This document shows, piece after piece, positions 1 to 14,107 of a DNA stretch of 64,000 bases. The notes under the pieces were generated by a model. The model was given only the letters and a program-made list of their open reading frames with translations. It ran no database searches and was not told where the DNA came from. The stretch is taken from the NCBI GenBank assembly GCA_028534125.1, contig CM052816.1:74340001-74404000 (forward strand), written 5' to 3'. Each line of letters begins with the position of its first letter. The first letter of the stretch is position 1. This DNA is from Lama glama (Eukaryota). Both the position numbers and the translations under genes were made by a program.

Positions 1-699
1 CACTATTTTCTTCTATTGACTCATTGGTTATACACTATTTTACAGTATATTATATATTGGTTATTACATGCATTATTTATATATGTATTTTTAGTGATTA
101 CACGAGGGATAAAAACATTCAAAATGGACTTATTTAGTTGGATAGGTATTATTGATTTTACTGTTTTCCATTTTTCTATTAACATCAGTATCTGGATCAT
201 CTGTGGGTTTAGTTCCTATCTGGTTTTTTCCACTTTATTACGGATATTTTCTTGACTTACTACATATCAACTGATTGTGTGCCAAGTAGCGTGAAAAAAA
301 GGTAGGGAGAGGTTGTCCTGTCTTAGGCAGAGGGAATGAGGGCCTGTCAGGGTCTGAGGAAAGTTGAATCTGGGTTGCAGTCTGTCTCTGCCCCGTTCTG
401 TCCCTTTCACTTAGAGCCAGGCTGGTCTCCATCTGCAGTCCTGAAGACTGAAGGAGATCCAGTTCTGTTCTTTGGAAGTTCGCACCCCAGCTCCAGAGCC
501 TCCTGCTCAGATGTCCGAGGGAGAGAGTGGCCGTGGGCTTGAGACGATCTTCCCTGCTTGTGGGTCTTGATCGCTGATTGGTATGAATCACTCCTGTCTC
601 ACTCCCAGCCTCTCCTGCAGCCCCGGGACTGAGTAAGAAAAGGCTCTGTATTTGAGGCACATCAAGTTTTCCATTTGTCATTTTAGTCCTCTTGTTTCT

Positions 700-853
700 C
701 CAACAAGGACCTACTGTTTAGCATAGGGAACTATATTTAGCATCTTGTAATAATCTATAATGGAAAAGAATCTGAAAAAGAATATACATATATAACTGAA
801 TCACTTTGCTGTACACTTGAAACATACAACAGTGTAAATCAACCGTACTTTAA
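700..853 (+). mobile_element. LINE-1 3' end fragment
   Basis: caacaaggacctactg...agcatagggaactat...tgaatcactttgctgtacac...aaatcaac matches the artiodactyl-type L1 3' UTR terminus. Confidence 0.75.
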
Positions 854-1387
854 TACGAAATGTGAAATATTTCACATGGGTTAAAAAAATTTCCCTGGAC
901 TTCACATCACCCCCTTAAGTTTTCCATTTCTCCTGTAATTCATAACCGGCTTTTTGAAAGAATTGCCTACATTTGCCGTCTTTTCCTGGTCAAATTTCTA
1001 GCCATTGCAGCCTGGCTTTTACCCCTTCCCACGCCTCAGAAAGTTCTCTGTCCAGAATCACCAGCATCTTCTCCTAGTCCCTCTATCAGTGCATCCTTTT
1101 CAGTCGTCTCGCTTGACTTCCCAGCAGCATTGGGATGACTGAGCACTCCTTCCCCTGAAGTGTCGTCTTTCCCTACCGTCTGTGACGTCACATTCTTGTG
1201 CTTCCTGCCCCACTAGCTAGTCCTTGTCATTTACTGGCTTCGGGTTTCTGGGTCTGCTTCTTGACATTCTGGCGTTCTTCAGGAAAATGTCTTCCATTCT
1301 TTTTATCCCTCACGGTAGCAGAGTAACACTTTAATTTACTAATTTTTGTCCTTTTTACTCTGTACATTTACTGCTGTCTAATCTGGA

Positions 1388-1591
1388 CCAATGCTGTCTA
1401 GTAGAACTTTCTGAGATGGTGGAGACACTCTGTTTGTCCCGTGCAGTATGGTAGCCACCAGCCACATGTGGATAGTGAGCACTTGAAGTGTAGGTAGTGT
1501 GAGAGAAAAACTAAGTTGTAAATTCTATTTAACTTTAAGTCAGATTTAAATAGCCACGTGTGGCTAGTGTTTGCTGTATTGGGAAGCCCAG
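1388..1591. mobile_element. MER3-like hAT DNA transposon (MITE)
   Basis: tgctgtctagtagaactttctg...tagccaccagccacatgtgg...aaatagccacgtgtggctagt resembles the recalled MER3 consensus. Confidence 0.75.
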
Positions 1592-2515
1592 ATCTAGACC
1601 AGGAGGGATTCATTACTTTATGGATTACTTTATGATTCGTTACTTTAGAAGAAGCAGCAAAAAAAATCTTGTGCCTTTGTGTGGGGAATCAGGGCATTGG
1701 ATTGGAAGATACGGGCTAGGTATTTCCTAAGGGGCCGGAGAGGCAGGGGACGTGGTGAGGAGAGGTCACTGGGGCTGGAGGTGAAACATCTGATGCAGCA
1801 TTGGGAGTCAGGTCAGCACCTCATCATGGTCCAGCCTCCATTTGGGTTAGTCACCTTGTCTGCAGAGACACTGATGACAGTCGTGTGTCTTGTGGTCCTA
1901 TTGACAGCAGCCAGCAGATCACCTGTGACTGTCCAGCTGCAGAGACACCATTCTGTGCCCTCATATTTTGCTCAGTAACAATCTGACCTCCACGTGGACA
2001 ACATACACCAGCATATAATGTGGCTGCCAAAATATGAATGCAAATTAAAATTTTTAAACTAAAATTTAAATAATTAGACGTGGGTTTGTTTTTATTTATC
2101 ACCCTCTGGGACAGTCCCTCTGTGTTGAGTGGGCTTTTGTTTTCTCCCTGTGATCCACCGCTAGTTTCCCTTTGCTTTGTTAAATCCTCAGATGAACTCA
2201 AATTGAAACATGCGGGGTCCCCTTTCCTGCCTGCCCTTTGCTAGTGAGCTGGTTGCCTGACTGCTGCTTCTGCTTCCTGTTATTCTCTGAAAACAGCATG
2301 AGAAGTCTTGGCTTTCGGCCATTATTCAGAGACTGTCTTAAAGCATATGTTGCTGGAAATCCCCAGTTTCAGTAAAAGGACTTAATATGCTTGGAAATCA
2401 GAGGAGGAATTCAGTTTCTGAAAAGGAGACTTGTTGCCTGGGAGTTCACTTCTCTCTGGGACCCACCTTCCAAGTCCCCACCTTTGCCTCTGACAGCCCT
2501 GCTTTCTGCCCTCCG

Positions 2516-4400
2516 TTCATTCATTCATTCATTCATTCACCCGCAGACATTTGTCAATCACATACTAGGTGCCAGGCCCAGTTCCCGGGCTGGACATGTA
2601 GAATTTTACAATTAAATCTCTCTGCCCTCATGGAGCTCAAATTCTAGCGGGGGAGAAAGAACAGTAAATTAATACATATGTAATACGCCAGGAAAAGTAA
2701 GAAGGAATACAGCACATGTAAATGGGTTAGAGAGGAAAGAGACCGAGGGGGCAGTGACTTAAGATAGAGGAAGCAGAGAAGGTGACATTTGAGCAGATTG
2801 GGATGATGGAAGACCACCAACCCGTGACTGTCTGGGGAGAAGGCTGTTCCAGATGGAATGGCCAACAAGACAGCCTGGCCCATCGTAGGCAAAGCAAGCA
2901 GGACAGTCTGGCCCAACAGAAGGGAGGGAGGCAGAGAGTGAAAGGAGATGCCGCTGGAGGAGGAGGCAAGAGCCGGATGTTTGGACCTCACGGGATAATG
3001 GTAAGGAGTTTGGGATTTAGTCAAAGTATTATGAGAGGCCATTGCAGCAGGGGCGAGACAGATCAGATTTATGTGTTAGGGAGAGCATTCTGGCTGCTCT
3101 CCGGAGGCCTGGCCACTGAGGAGAGGAAAAAGAATCAGAGAGCCCAGGTGCAGGACTGTTACCCAAAAGTTAAAGACCCCGGTTCTTGTCTTCCCAAAAG
3201 ACAAGTTTACAGTCAGGAGACAGTCGTTGTGTAACAGAAGATTTTAAAAGATTTATTTAGAGAAGTAAAAGTACACCCTCGAGGACAGGAGGCGGCTGAT
3301 CCCAGAGAGAAAAAGCTGTGGTTTGTCTCCCCTTCTCTTATACCCTCTCTTAGAGCTGGTCTCTTGCTTGACGGCTTTTGTCCCTGGAATGCTGTCATGT
3401 CTGGCCCCTTTGCGCACATCCTTACCCAGGGTGTACACATAAAACCCATGGGGTGGGGGACCTAAACCGCAGTGTTAATGATAATACAGTGAATATTGGG
3501 TGTGTCCGGTTAAGTCCTCTCTGCAGTTGTGGCTGTCAGGTTCTAACTGCTTTCTTGCTGGCACTCATTGAGAAGTAAAGTCTATGCTGGAAGCAGGCAT
3601 AACACCATCTTCTGGACCATCCTCCCTCTCCTTCACCTGTCTGCCCGGTGCCCCCACTTACCTAACTACCTAACAGAACTGTTGCATGTTGTAGGTGGAC
3701 AATGGTGGCGGCTTTGGTCTAGATGGTAGCAGTGGGTGTGGTGAAAGGTGAAGGGTTTGAAATAAATTTTGATTCTGATTTGATGAATTGGATGTGGGCT
3801 GTGAGAAAAAGAGTCTCCTGTATTTTGAGTCTGACAAATTGGGTAAATGTTTATTTTTCAGTAAGGGGAGGCTGCCTGGGGTGAGGGATTCACCAAGCAG
3901 AGCAGCTAGAGATATGGGCTGGGAATTTAGGGGACAGATCAGGGATAAAGATGTGGGTTTGAGATTCTTGAATATCTAGATATATTTAAAGTCCTGAATC
4001 TGAGTGAGACCTTCCAAGGGGAGAGAAGTAGATAGACGAGAGGGTTGAAGACTGAGACTGTGATGCTGGAAGGAGGAGGAGTGGTCATCACTAGAGATGC
4101 AGAAGCGACTTCCAGTGATGTCTGGAGTTTTCAAGGGAAGGGGGATGATTATCTACTTGAGCAGTGCTTCAGTGGTCGGTTAAGAGGGAGATCACTGGTG
4201 TCTGGACAAGATCAAATTCAGGGCAATGAATGCTTTGTGAGTGTGAGCTGAAACCATAGTGAGAAGTAAAGAAATGAAAACGCAAGTATGTGTACAACTC
4301 TGTTTAGGAGTTTTGCTATAAAAGGGAGCTGAGAAACAGAGCAGCACATGGATGGGGATGAAGGGCCTAAGGAGGCATCTTTGTTTGCTTTTGATAAGAG
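2516..4400 (-). mobile_element. Degenerate L2 LINE, interrupted by a solo LTR at 3157-3675
   Basis: (ttca)n tail at 2516-2539 followed by purine-rich L2-like sequence that resumes after 3675. Boundaries are approximate. Confidence 0.6.
3157..3675 (-). mobile_element. Solo ERV LTR inserted in L2
   Basis: TGTTA...TAACA inverted termini, near-identical 4-bp flanks (ggac/gaac), and AATAAA on the - strand near 3252. Confidence 0.6.
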
Positions 4401-5202
4401 ATTGTGCAGCTTGGTTCCGTTTCCAGGGTTCATTTTTAAGGGCAAAGATATAGGGCTTGGAGGACAGAGCTTGCTCCCTGCTCCCAGCAGGGGCACTCAG
4501 AGGATGCTTTTGCCTGAGAACTTAGCCTGGATAGGAGGGCTGGGGCCAGCATAAACAACTCTGCTGGGCATACCGCGCTGGTCTTCAGATCTCCATTTTG
4601 TCCTGAAGTTTCGCCGTGAATTTCTAATTGGGTGGCCCAGTTGTGTAGCCTCCAGTGATTCCACATGTTGTTCCCCTGTCACTGGTGGAACTGAGTCTAA
4701 GCAACTGATGTGTGGTTTGAGATCTGTGGGCTGTACAGGCAGTGGGGCTGTGTGCTGGGGGAGCGTGCAAAGGCTAAGGGCACATCCACGTGCTTCCTTC
4801 TCAAGATGGGGAAAATCAGGGAGGACCTAGTGAATTTACCTCTCCGTCTCTTTACCTTCTCTGCCCTGTTTGTGAAGGAGAAGAGTCTTAAGCAGGTCCC
4901 CTATATCCCAATCCCACAAGAAAAGTAAATTAACAGGAGGTACTAGCCGTTAAGAATCCCATTAGAGAGTGTGATGAAAGCATACGGATGAGAATAGAAT
5001 CTCCCAGTTACCGTATATTTTAGTGGACATTGTACTAAACTAGAACCATGGTGTGACCTTGATTAAGTGTCTTATCATCTCCGGGCTTAAGTTTCTTCAC
5101 CTACTAATGACATTTTGGGGAGGACAAGACAGTATCTAAAGTCTCGCTAGCTCCTCAGGCTGCAGCTCTGTGGGGTAGACATTTGGGTGTTGCAGTGTTC
5201 GT

Positions 5203-5505
5203 AGAGCTGTGGTTCTCAGCCTTGGCTGCACATTAGAATCATCCAGGGAGGCATTAAAAATTTCTGAGGCCAGGATGCAGGCATCACATCCTCTGTTCAG
5301 AAGGTCTCTTAGGTGATTCTAATGTGCAGCAGCCAAGGTAGCAGGACGGCTTTTCGAGCCCAGCTGCTCCACGTGTGCTTCGTGGACCACCAGCATAGGT
5401 ATCACTTGGCAGCTGATTCGACACATGACCTACTGAATTAGAATTTGCATTTTAACAAGATTCCCAAGTGGTTCGCTTGTGCCTGAGAGTTGGAGAGGCT
5501 GCTTT
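5203..5505. mobile_element. MER5-family hAT fragments (two adjacent)
   Basis: gtggttctcagccttggctgcacattagaatca...gtgattctaatgtgcagc and gaattagaatttgcattttaacaagattccc motifs. Confidence 0.65.
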
Positions 5506-6634
5506 AGAGCTTTGCTGACATCTACTGGAGTCAGCCAATTTTAAACATTTCCTGGAATGAGTTGTTAAATCAAATGGAAACACCAGATGTCACTGTAGGA
5601 AGTCACATTTGTGAAGAATCTGCTTTGTGAACCCTGAGAACATTATCCAAGGGAATGATCATACATTTCTCAAGAATGTAGAGTGAATACAAGAAACATG
5701 CTTAACTTACTCCCTTTACTAGAAAAGAATGAAAATTGCTGGTGAAAGCACCTGACTTCTGTAGGTATATACTAAGAGTTAGCTTTTTGCATGCAGATTT
5801 TCTTTTTAGTTTAATTTCTTTTATTGCAAAATAACCAGAATTTTAAAATAGCTTAAGTGTTCCGAATAAGGGGATGGTTAAGCAAATGATTGCTACACCC
5901 ACTCAATAGATTTTCAAGCAGATACAATGAGGTTTTGGAAACATGAAAAAAGATTCATGTCAAAGAGTTAAGAAAAAAAACCAGGTATACACTTGTATGC
6001 ACAGTCTGATGACAACTATATAATAAACAAACAAACAAAAAAACCAAGCCCAAAACTATGTAAGGAGAAAAGATTGGAAAGATGCATATCTAAATGTTAG
6101 TAATAGTTGTCCGTGAGCAGTAGAAACTATTCCATTGTTTTCAAAATGTTCCCAAAATCAATGTATTTTATAATTTAATCAGTCCCCCCCCCGAACACCC
6201 CAGAATTTGTACCTTAAAAAAAAGAAAACCTCCTGACCTCTGGTTTTCAAGAACTGTCCACAACACACTTACTGAAGCATTTTAATCTCCTGCCCATTAT
6301 CCTGAAGTTTCACAGAAATCTGATGGAGGGAAACACAATCATAGGACTTGATGGCTACATTATAACATTTACAGCTTGTTTTTGTGGCTCTGTGAGACAC
6401 GTGTCACCGGTTCAGTTCTCTTCATATCAAATTCTGCCTTGGCGGTTCACAGCAGCGGGTGTCTTGTGTTATGTGATTCTATGAGGGAGGCCGAGTAATT
6501 CCTGCTCACATGTACAGATGTAACTGCTGTTGAGGAAAAGTAATTAAAAACAGTTTTCTTCCAAGCTAGAAAACCTCTCCAAAAAGGTAGACGAGGAAGA
6601 AAACAGTTCTATTATTTTTTATTGTAGTAAAATT

Positions 6635-7118
6635 ATTTTTTATTTGAAGTATAGTGAGTTTAAATGTGTCAATTTCTGGTGTACAGCATAAACTTTCAGT
6701 CATTCATATAAATACATATGTTTGTTTTCATATTCTTTATTATTATAGGTTACAAGATACTGTATATAATTCCCTGTGTTATGCAGAAGAAATTTGTTTT
6801 TTATCTATTTTATATGCAGTAGTTAATATTTGCATATCTCAAACTGCCAATTTATCTCATCCAGTCCCTTTCCCCCAGTAACCATAAGTTTGTTTACTAT
6901 GTCTGAATCTGCTTCTGTTTTTTAGATAAGTTCTTTAGTGTCTTCATTATTTTCTTTTTAGATTGCACATATGAATGATATCATATGGTATTTTTCTTTC
7001 TCTTTCTGACTTATTTCACTCAGTCCAGATCCATCCATGTTGCAAATGCTGCAAATGGCATTATTTTATTATTTTTTATGGCTGAGTAGTATTCCATTGT
7101 ATAAATATACCACAACCC
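6635..7118 (-). mobile_element. 5'-truncated LINE-1 (camelid-type 3' UTR)
   Basis: T-rich tail then ttgaagtatagt...tgtcaatttctggtgtacagcat...gctgagtagtattccattgt. Confidence 0.8.
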
Positions 7119-7582
7119 AGAAAAAAAGAGTTCATTGACCCATAAAACTGAAAATTCTAAGATTTGTTCTGACTTGAACTACTCAATCCAGGGCATCGGA
7201 TACCTTTACCATCTTTAACTTTATTTGGAAGTTAAGGCCTTTCCCTCCCTGAACAGCTCTAGGGAGAAAAGGTCCAGGAATTGTTCTCATTAGCCTGTCT
7301 TTCATGATGTACCAAGGGAGTGGGGAACTTAAATCTGATCTGACTCACTTCTTTGGCCTATGTGGGTTGGAGTCAGCACCACTTGAAACACGTGGAATTG
7401 TCTTCCTGTGAGAAAAGGAAATTAGCAGAAGGAGGAGGGGAAGGACATGTGCTAATCAGATGAAAACAACATTTATGTGGCACACGCTACACGGAGGGTT
7501 CTGCTTCCTGCTGTTTCCACCTAAATTGTATACCAAAATCTGGCATTTTATTACCATTTACTAGCCTACTTTATACAAACAC

Positions 7583-7845
7583 TGTATTAGTTATCTATTG
7601 GTGCAGTACAAATTATACCAAAATTTAGCAGCTTAAAACAACAAATTTATCTCACACAGTTTCTGGATGTCAGGAACCTTAGAGTGGCTTACTTAGTTGG
7701 GTAGTTCTGGCCCAGAGTCTGTCATGAGATTGCAGTTAAGTAAGCTGTCAGCCCTTGAAGGCTTGACTGGGGCTGGAGGAGCCTCTTCCAAGCTCACTCA
7801 TGTGGCTGTTGGCTGGAGGGCTCAGTGCCACCCTGCGTGGGCCTG
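7583..7845. mobile_element. MLT1-type MaLR LTR fragment
   Basis: tgtattagttatctattg...ttagcagcttaaaacaaca...tctcacacagtttctg motif. Confidence 0.6.
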
Positions 7846-9792
7846 ACGAACTCTCCCTCCTTCCGATGTCTCGCTCTCTGAGCTCACTCGCTCCTGCCTC
7901 CTGGTATAGCTTCTCAGATACACTCTTTGCACCAAGTGCTTAATTCAAGTTCTGATGTCAAGGAAATACTTAATACATCATCAGGGTTTTATAATTAACA
8001 TAGCAATCATCCTGTTAAATTAAACTGTGAAGTCCCAGAAAAGACCAAGGATTCTTTGCTATCCTATGAAGTATGTGGGACATTGTATACATTCAAACTG
8101 TATATTTCAAAGTATCACAAGAGTTTTTCCTCCAAGAAGAAGAGTAGTTTAGAGCCACCGTTTGTAGCATCTTCTCTCCTGGGAACTCAAGGCCCCTGGC
8201 TCCTTCGGCATGCAAGGTTATTAGGGAATGAGATGATGCCGTGTAAACACGAAGGGTTTACCCTGACTGCAGTCCCCTTTGGCCCAGATATGGAACATAC
8301 CAAAGCTGCTGCTCAGGACAATTTTCAGCTTGCTGTGGTGTCAATTCTAATAAACAAAGTACAAAGAACAATTTGATGTCTCCTGGGCTGGCCAGGTACC
8401 AAGCCCCACCACTTCATGCAGAGTCCAGTTGCTTGGCAAGTGGCTTCAAAACAAATCAAAATTACCCTGGGCATATGGGAGGAGGGGGTGAGAGGCATTT
8501 GTTCCATCAATGCACTTCATCCTCTTTGTACATATTTTTGCAAATTATAGCTATACCTTACTTTATGCAATAGAAGTCTATATGAAAAATTCTGAGAACA
8601 TCAATGTGTTATCACTATTTGAAATCACTGTGTTTATCTCTAAACTCGTCATATTGTACAGACTAGGTAGATTTTTGTATGTAAGACATTTTTTAAAAAT
8701 AAAAATCACTATAAAAATAGAGGAGGAGGATGTCCATTTACTCATGCAGAGATTTCAGATTTAGACATTACCCTCATTGAAATTCTCAACATTAAAAAGG
8801 ATGCTAGCCAGTCTCCTAGAACAGCTGTCTGTTAAAACCTTTGTGTCAGAACTTAACTGAAAATACAATTCCCAAGGCACCTGGTAAAACTAACTCTAAA
8901 TTTACTGTGACTTAATGTATATTAAAAAAATTAAAGTGAATTGTATCTGAAAATGCTAATATTTAAACACTTAATATTTTGGTGATGTTAAAAAATACTT
9001 CTGTCATGTAAGGAACCACTCTAAACTTATGTTTGGATTCTTAAAATACTGGATTTTTTGGTGAATCACAAAGTATCTGTGCTAATAAGATGAATTGACA
9101 TAATTTTCACAAAATGCAAAAGAACCTTGGGAATCTAGTATTATTTGCAGCATTCGTGTAGGCAAATGAAGATTTAGCTTTTCTGAAATACAGTATTAAA
9201 CTTTTCAGGCTTTTATTACTGCTTTCAAGGAAGCTTTGTGTCTGAAGACCCCAGACTGACTCACTTTTCTCCTTCTTGGAAGTCTGGGTCATTTGGTACC
9301 AGTCAAGACTAGGGCCCTGGCAATTCAAAATGATCACCTTTCTAATGTCTGACTGTCTGGTAACCTAAAGATCATAAAATAGTCCCAGAGAGAGGGCCTT
9401 GACCGGTGGGAGATGAGTTCAAATCCACCCCGGAGGTAACTCTTTACCAGAAAACGCTGCAGAGAAAATGTTTGATTAGCATTTCTAGACTGAAGTTTCC
9501 CTTTGTGAGGTCAGGGTTGACCTGTCTGCTGCTCCTGCCTGTGCTGGGGCCTCATCGCAAGCTGGCAGTAGATCATAAGAAAGCTTTACTTCAAGCTTGA
9601 GATGGAAAAGTTTTAGTCTTTCTGCTTTCCTTTCCATCTTTCCCTGTCCTGCCCCCAACTTCCCACACTCCCACCCCCTGCTCCGGCCCCACCACGTACA
9701 TACCGCACACACGTGCTGGTCTCTCTCCAGTAGAGGGAAGTAAGACATCAGAGAGCCCTGAATGTAGTCCTTCTCAGCTTCTCTTTCTCAAG

Positions 9793-9832
9793 ACACACAC
9801 ACACACACATACACACACTCACACACACACTC
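9793..9832. repeat. (CA)n microsatellite, imperfect
   Basis: Directly visible. Confidence 0.9.
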
Positions 9833-10663
9833 ACTTTGTACTTAGAAGCAGGAGTGGACCGGAGGACGCAGTTCCTTAAGCACAGGTCTACAAAGTGCTT
9901 TTTCTCATTTTTGACATCTAATATTTCTGGATGTGGGTTGCACCTTGGGAAGAGCTAAATATCAGAACCAACATACTCTCTCCTCTTTCCCATCTTCTCT
10001 TCTTTCTCATTGAAATGACTAGATGTTGCATTCACAGTTTTTAGAGTGAAGCCAGGTTATCTTTCTTGAGACCAAACACTCAGATTTTTAAGTAGTTGGC
10101 TTTGGTTCTTAAAAATAAGATTTGAATTTTTTTCCCCTCCTCTAAGTCCTCCCTTTAAGAAACATCCCAAGAAACTTCTTTTTGCATTTTGGGTAGTGAA
10201 ATTTAGGATGATAATTTGAAACACATATGAATACGTACCTTGGTTCCTAGCATAGCAGCTGGGATTCCAGCATAAAACCTGTCAGTAGGGCAGAGACCGT
10301 CTTATTTCATCAGCTTTGTTTTGTTTTGTTAACTTTATGGCTGTTGCTAAAGAATCAGTTGCTGTAACTTGATATTGAATAATTTTCAGGGTTAATTTTC
10401 TTCCTCTTCTCTCTGTCTCCCTCTCGGATCTGGAAAAAGAGGTTATAGCACTGCAGTTAGGGGACCTGTGTCCCAGACTCAATGAAAGGGGTGAAGGGGG
10501 TGGCATCTGTCCTGGGACACCAGTCCTTAAGTCACATGAAAGCTTTTCTAATTTTGGTTTTATACCAAGTTACTAACTTTAGACTTCTTAATCTTCTAAT
10601 GTGTGAAATATTTGAATTTTCTAAGTCATTTTTGTTGTTTAATCATTTCTGAGCACCTTTTAT

Positions 10664-12505
10664 TTTTATTTTTTAAATTAACAATTTTTTACTTTAGTTA
10701 TTTTTTATTTGAAGTATAGTTGATTTACACTGTTGTGTTGGTTTCTGGCGTACAGCATAGTGATTTCAGTTATATACGTAATTCCTTTTTATATTTTTTC
10801 CATTATGGTTTATTACAAGATATTGAATATAGTTCCCTGTACTATGCAGTAGGCCATTGTTGTTTATTTATTTTATGCATAGTAATAGGTATCTGGTAAT
10901 CCCAAACTCCTAAGTTATCCCTACCCTCCCTTTCCCCTTTGGTAACCATAGTTTGTTTTTTATGTCTGTGAATCCGTTTCTGTTTTGTAGGTAAGTTTGT
11001 ATCATTTTTTAGATTCCACATAAAGGTGATAACATGATATTTGTCTTTCTCTGTCTGATTTACTTCACTTAATATGATAATCTCTGGGTCCATCCATGTT
11101 GCTGAAAATGGCATTATTTCACTCTTTTTAATGACTGAGTAATATTCCATTGTGTATATACATACATATATATATATACACACACACATAGACACACACA
11201 CACACACACACGTGCACACATGCATACACACAACTTCTTTATCCAGTCATCTGTTGATGGATATTTAGGTTGCTTGCCTGTCTTGGCTATTGTAAATAGT
11301 ACTGCTGTGCACATTGGGGTGCTTGAATATTTTCAAATTAGAATTTTCTCTGGATATATGCCTAGGAGTGGGATTGATGGATCATATGGTAACTCTGTTT
11401 TTATAGTTTTAAGGAACTTCCATACTGTTCTCCATAATGGCTGTACCAATTTTATATTCCCATGAACAATGTTGGAGGGTTCCCTTTTCTCCACACCCTC
11501 TCCAGCATTTATTGTTTGTAGACTTTTTGATGATGGCCATTCTGGCTGGTGTGAGGTGATACTTCATTCTAGTTTTGATTTGCATTTCTCTGATAACTTG
11601 TGATGTTGAGCATCTTTTCATGTGCCTGTTGGCCATCTGTATATCTTTGGAGAAATGTTTATTTAGGACTTCTGCCCATTTTTGGATTGGGTTGTTCATT
11701 TTTGTTATTGAGTTATACAAGCCATTTGTATATTTTGGAATTTAAGCCCTTGTTGGTTGCATCATTTGCAAATATTTTCTCTCATTCCATAGGTTGTCTT
11801 TTCATTTTGTTTATGGTTTCCTTTGCTGTGCAAAAGCTTATAAGTTTGATTGGGTCCCATTTGTTTATTTTTGCTTTTATTTCTATTGCCCTGGGAGACT
11901 GCCCTAAGAAAACATTGCTATGGTTTATGTCAGAGAATGTTTTGCCTATGTTCTCTTCTAGGAGTTTTATGGTGTCATGTCTTATATTTAAGTCTCGAAG
12001 CCATTTTGAGTTTATTTTTGTGAATGATGTGAGAGAGTGTTCTAACTTCATTGATTTACATGTGGCTGTCCAGCTTTCCCAACACTACTTGCTGAAGAAT
12101 ACACCGTTGTATATTCTTGCCTCTTTTGTCAAGGATTAAATGACTGTAGGTGTGTGGGCTTATTTCTGGGCTGTCTATTCTGTTCCACTGATCCATATGT
12201 CTGTTTTTGTGCCAATACCATGCTGTTTTGATTAGTGTAGCTCTGTAGTGTCGTCTGAAGTCTGGGAGGGTTATTCCTCCAGCTCTGTTCTTTTCTTTAG
12301 TATTGCTTTGGCAATTCTGGGCCTTTTGTGATTCCATATACATTTTAGGATTATTTGTTCTAGTTCTGTGAAAAATGTCTTGGATAATTGGATAGGGATC
12401 ACATTAAATCTGTAGATTGTTTTGGGTAGTGTCGCCATTTTAACAATGTTAATTCTTCCAATCGAAGAGCATGGGATTCTTTCCATTTCTTTGAATCATC
12501 AGTTC
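10664..12505 (-). mobile_element. 5'-truncated LINE-1 with degenerate ORF2 C-terminus and 3' UTR
   Basis: - strand ORF fragments read L1 ORF2 motifs ([63 protein letters not shown]). A 16-bp target-site duplication matches 14/16 (10648-10663 and 12506-12521). Confidence 0.92.
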
Positions 12506-14060
12506 TCTGATCATCTTTTATCATGGGTGGGAGAAAGGGTGTGAACACCTCACAGCTCCCATGAGCAGGCATATTACTCTTAATAAACCACTGAGACCAA
12601 ACTCATGGTAGGCACAGGCAACCTGTGTTTGGTCAAGTCTCTGAAGTTGGGTTTCCTTCTATGAAAGTGTGGAAGAAAATATTAACCTTGTCTTTCTTAT
12701 AAGGCTGTTGTGAGGATTAAATGGGTTAATAGATTTTCATTCATGCTTTTTTAAAGCAGATAATTAGCAAAGGCCTACTCTGTGCCCACGATCCTGCAAG
12801 CTTTGGGGGCTCTCACTGAACAAGATAAACAAGGACCCTGATGTCAGACCACTTACATTCCATAATGCATCTTTGGTTTCCCAAAGATTTTTTTTAAGTA
12901 AAAGTTGGGTTCAGTTATAATCTTACATGGAAATTTATTATATAAAATAAATAAAAAGGGAATAAGAGCAGAGACTGAAGTTCTGCTTGCTTCTCCCAGC
13001 CCCAGTTTCCCAATGAACTTTGGGAATACTATGTGAGAACTACTAGAAATTTCTTCACATGCAAGAGCTACAGATGGAGAACTTAGAGACTCCCAGCTCT
13101 GCAGATACTGTGTGGTCGATGCTGCTGGTGACCACCCAGGCCCCCTGTCCTGGCTAAGACTGGCACCAGAGGGGAGCCTTCACCCTTGGCCTGGAGGGCA
13201 AAGGGAGGAAGTGACCATTGGTGAGACTTGGTGAGAGCCACAGCCAAAGGGGAGACTGCCTGCTTGCCATCATGACTTCAGCAGAGGGATGTAGCTGCTG
13301 CCAAACGAAGCCTGGTCAGAAGGGGCTCTGATCGCTCACTCCTCCTTGCAGTCTCCTGCCATTGTGCTCCACTGGTGGAATCCAACCAGCAGCTGAAGGC
13401 GAGGAACCCCTCCTGATGGAGGCACTGGGCAGGCTGGGGAAGGATGGGAAAGGGTGGATCTGCAGGGTGAATGGAAAATACCCATGACAGTGTATTGTGC
13501 CGTGCCAGGTACTGGGCGGGGTGCCACAGATACAGAATGGGTGAGTCACAGCCCTGTCCCAGAAGAACACCAGTCCATAACTCCAGGAGGGTGTGACAAA
13601 CCAGTGCTGGCTTAGAATTGTGGTCTGGGTGGTGACGTCTTATCACAGACATCAAATGACAGTTCAGAAACAGTCTGGAAGTTGGAATCCTCACACATAA
13701 TATGGCTTCTACGCCACCATAGCCTCTGAACCAAAAACCTGCACTGATATGCAGTACTTTTCTTGTGTTTTTTTGGACAGGTTCCTGATCCTTTGATATT
13801 CAGCAATCTGGTCTCCTTGTCAGTATGCACTGTCATACTAACAGCATTAAAAGGTGTCCTCATTAACATAGTAAGGAGGAGGGATATCCTCCGCCCACTG
13901 CTCCCCACCCATGTGCTGCACCAACCCATGATGTCCTGGCAGAGGGGGGCAGAACAGCTGCAACTGTGCAAAACGTGATGAACCACGAAACTAGATAGTA
14001 CGTGACATCTGCTACTTAAACTGAAACCCAGGCTGCAGCTCTGTGGGTTTGGCAAGTATC

Positions 14061-14063
<3 letters not shown>

Positions 14064-14105
<42 letters not shown>
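14064..14105. repeat. (TG)n microsatellite
   Basis: About 21 TG units, directly visible. Confidence 0.95.

Positions 14106-14107
<2 letters not shown>

Noticed and set aside
10842..12486. Cluster of 66-179 aa ORFs as a host gene
   Set aside because: They are frameshifted L1 ORF2 fragments and their antisense shadows.
13763..13978. Possible coding exon after ttttttggacag
   Set aside because: The peptide is not recognisable and I found no convincing partner exons.
13975..14024. GTGATGA...CTGA resembling a C/D box snoRNA
   Set aside because: Too short, no terminal stem and no evident host intron.
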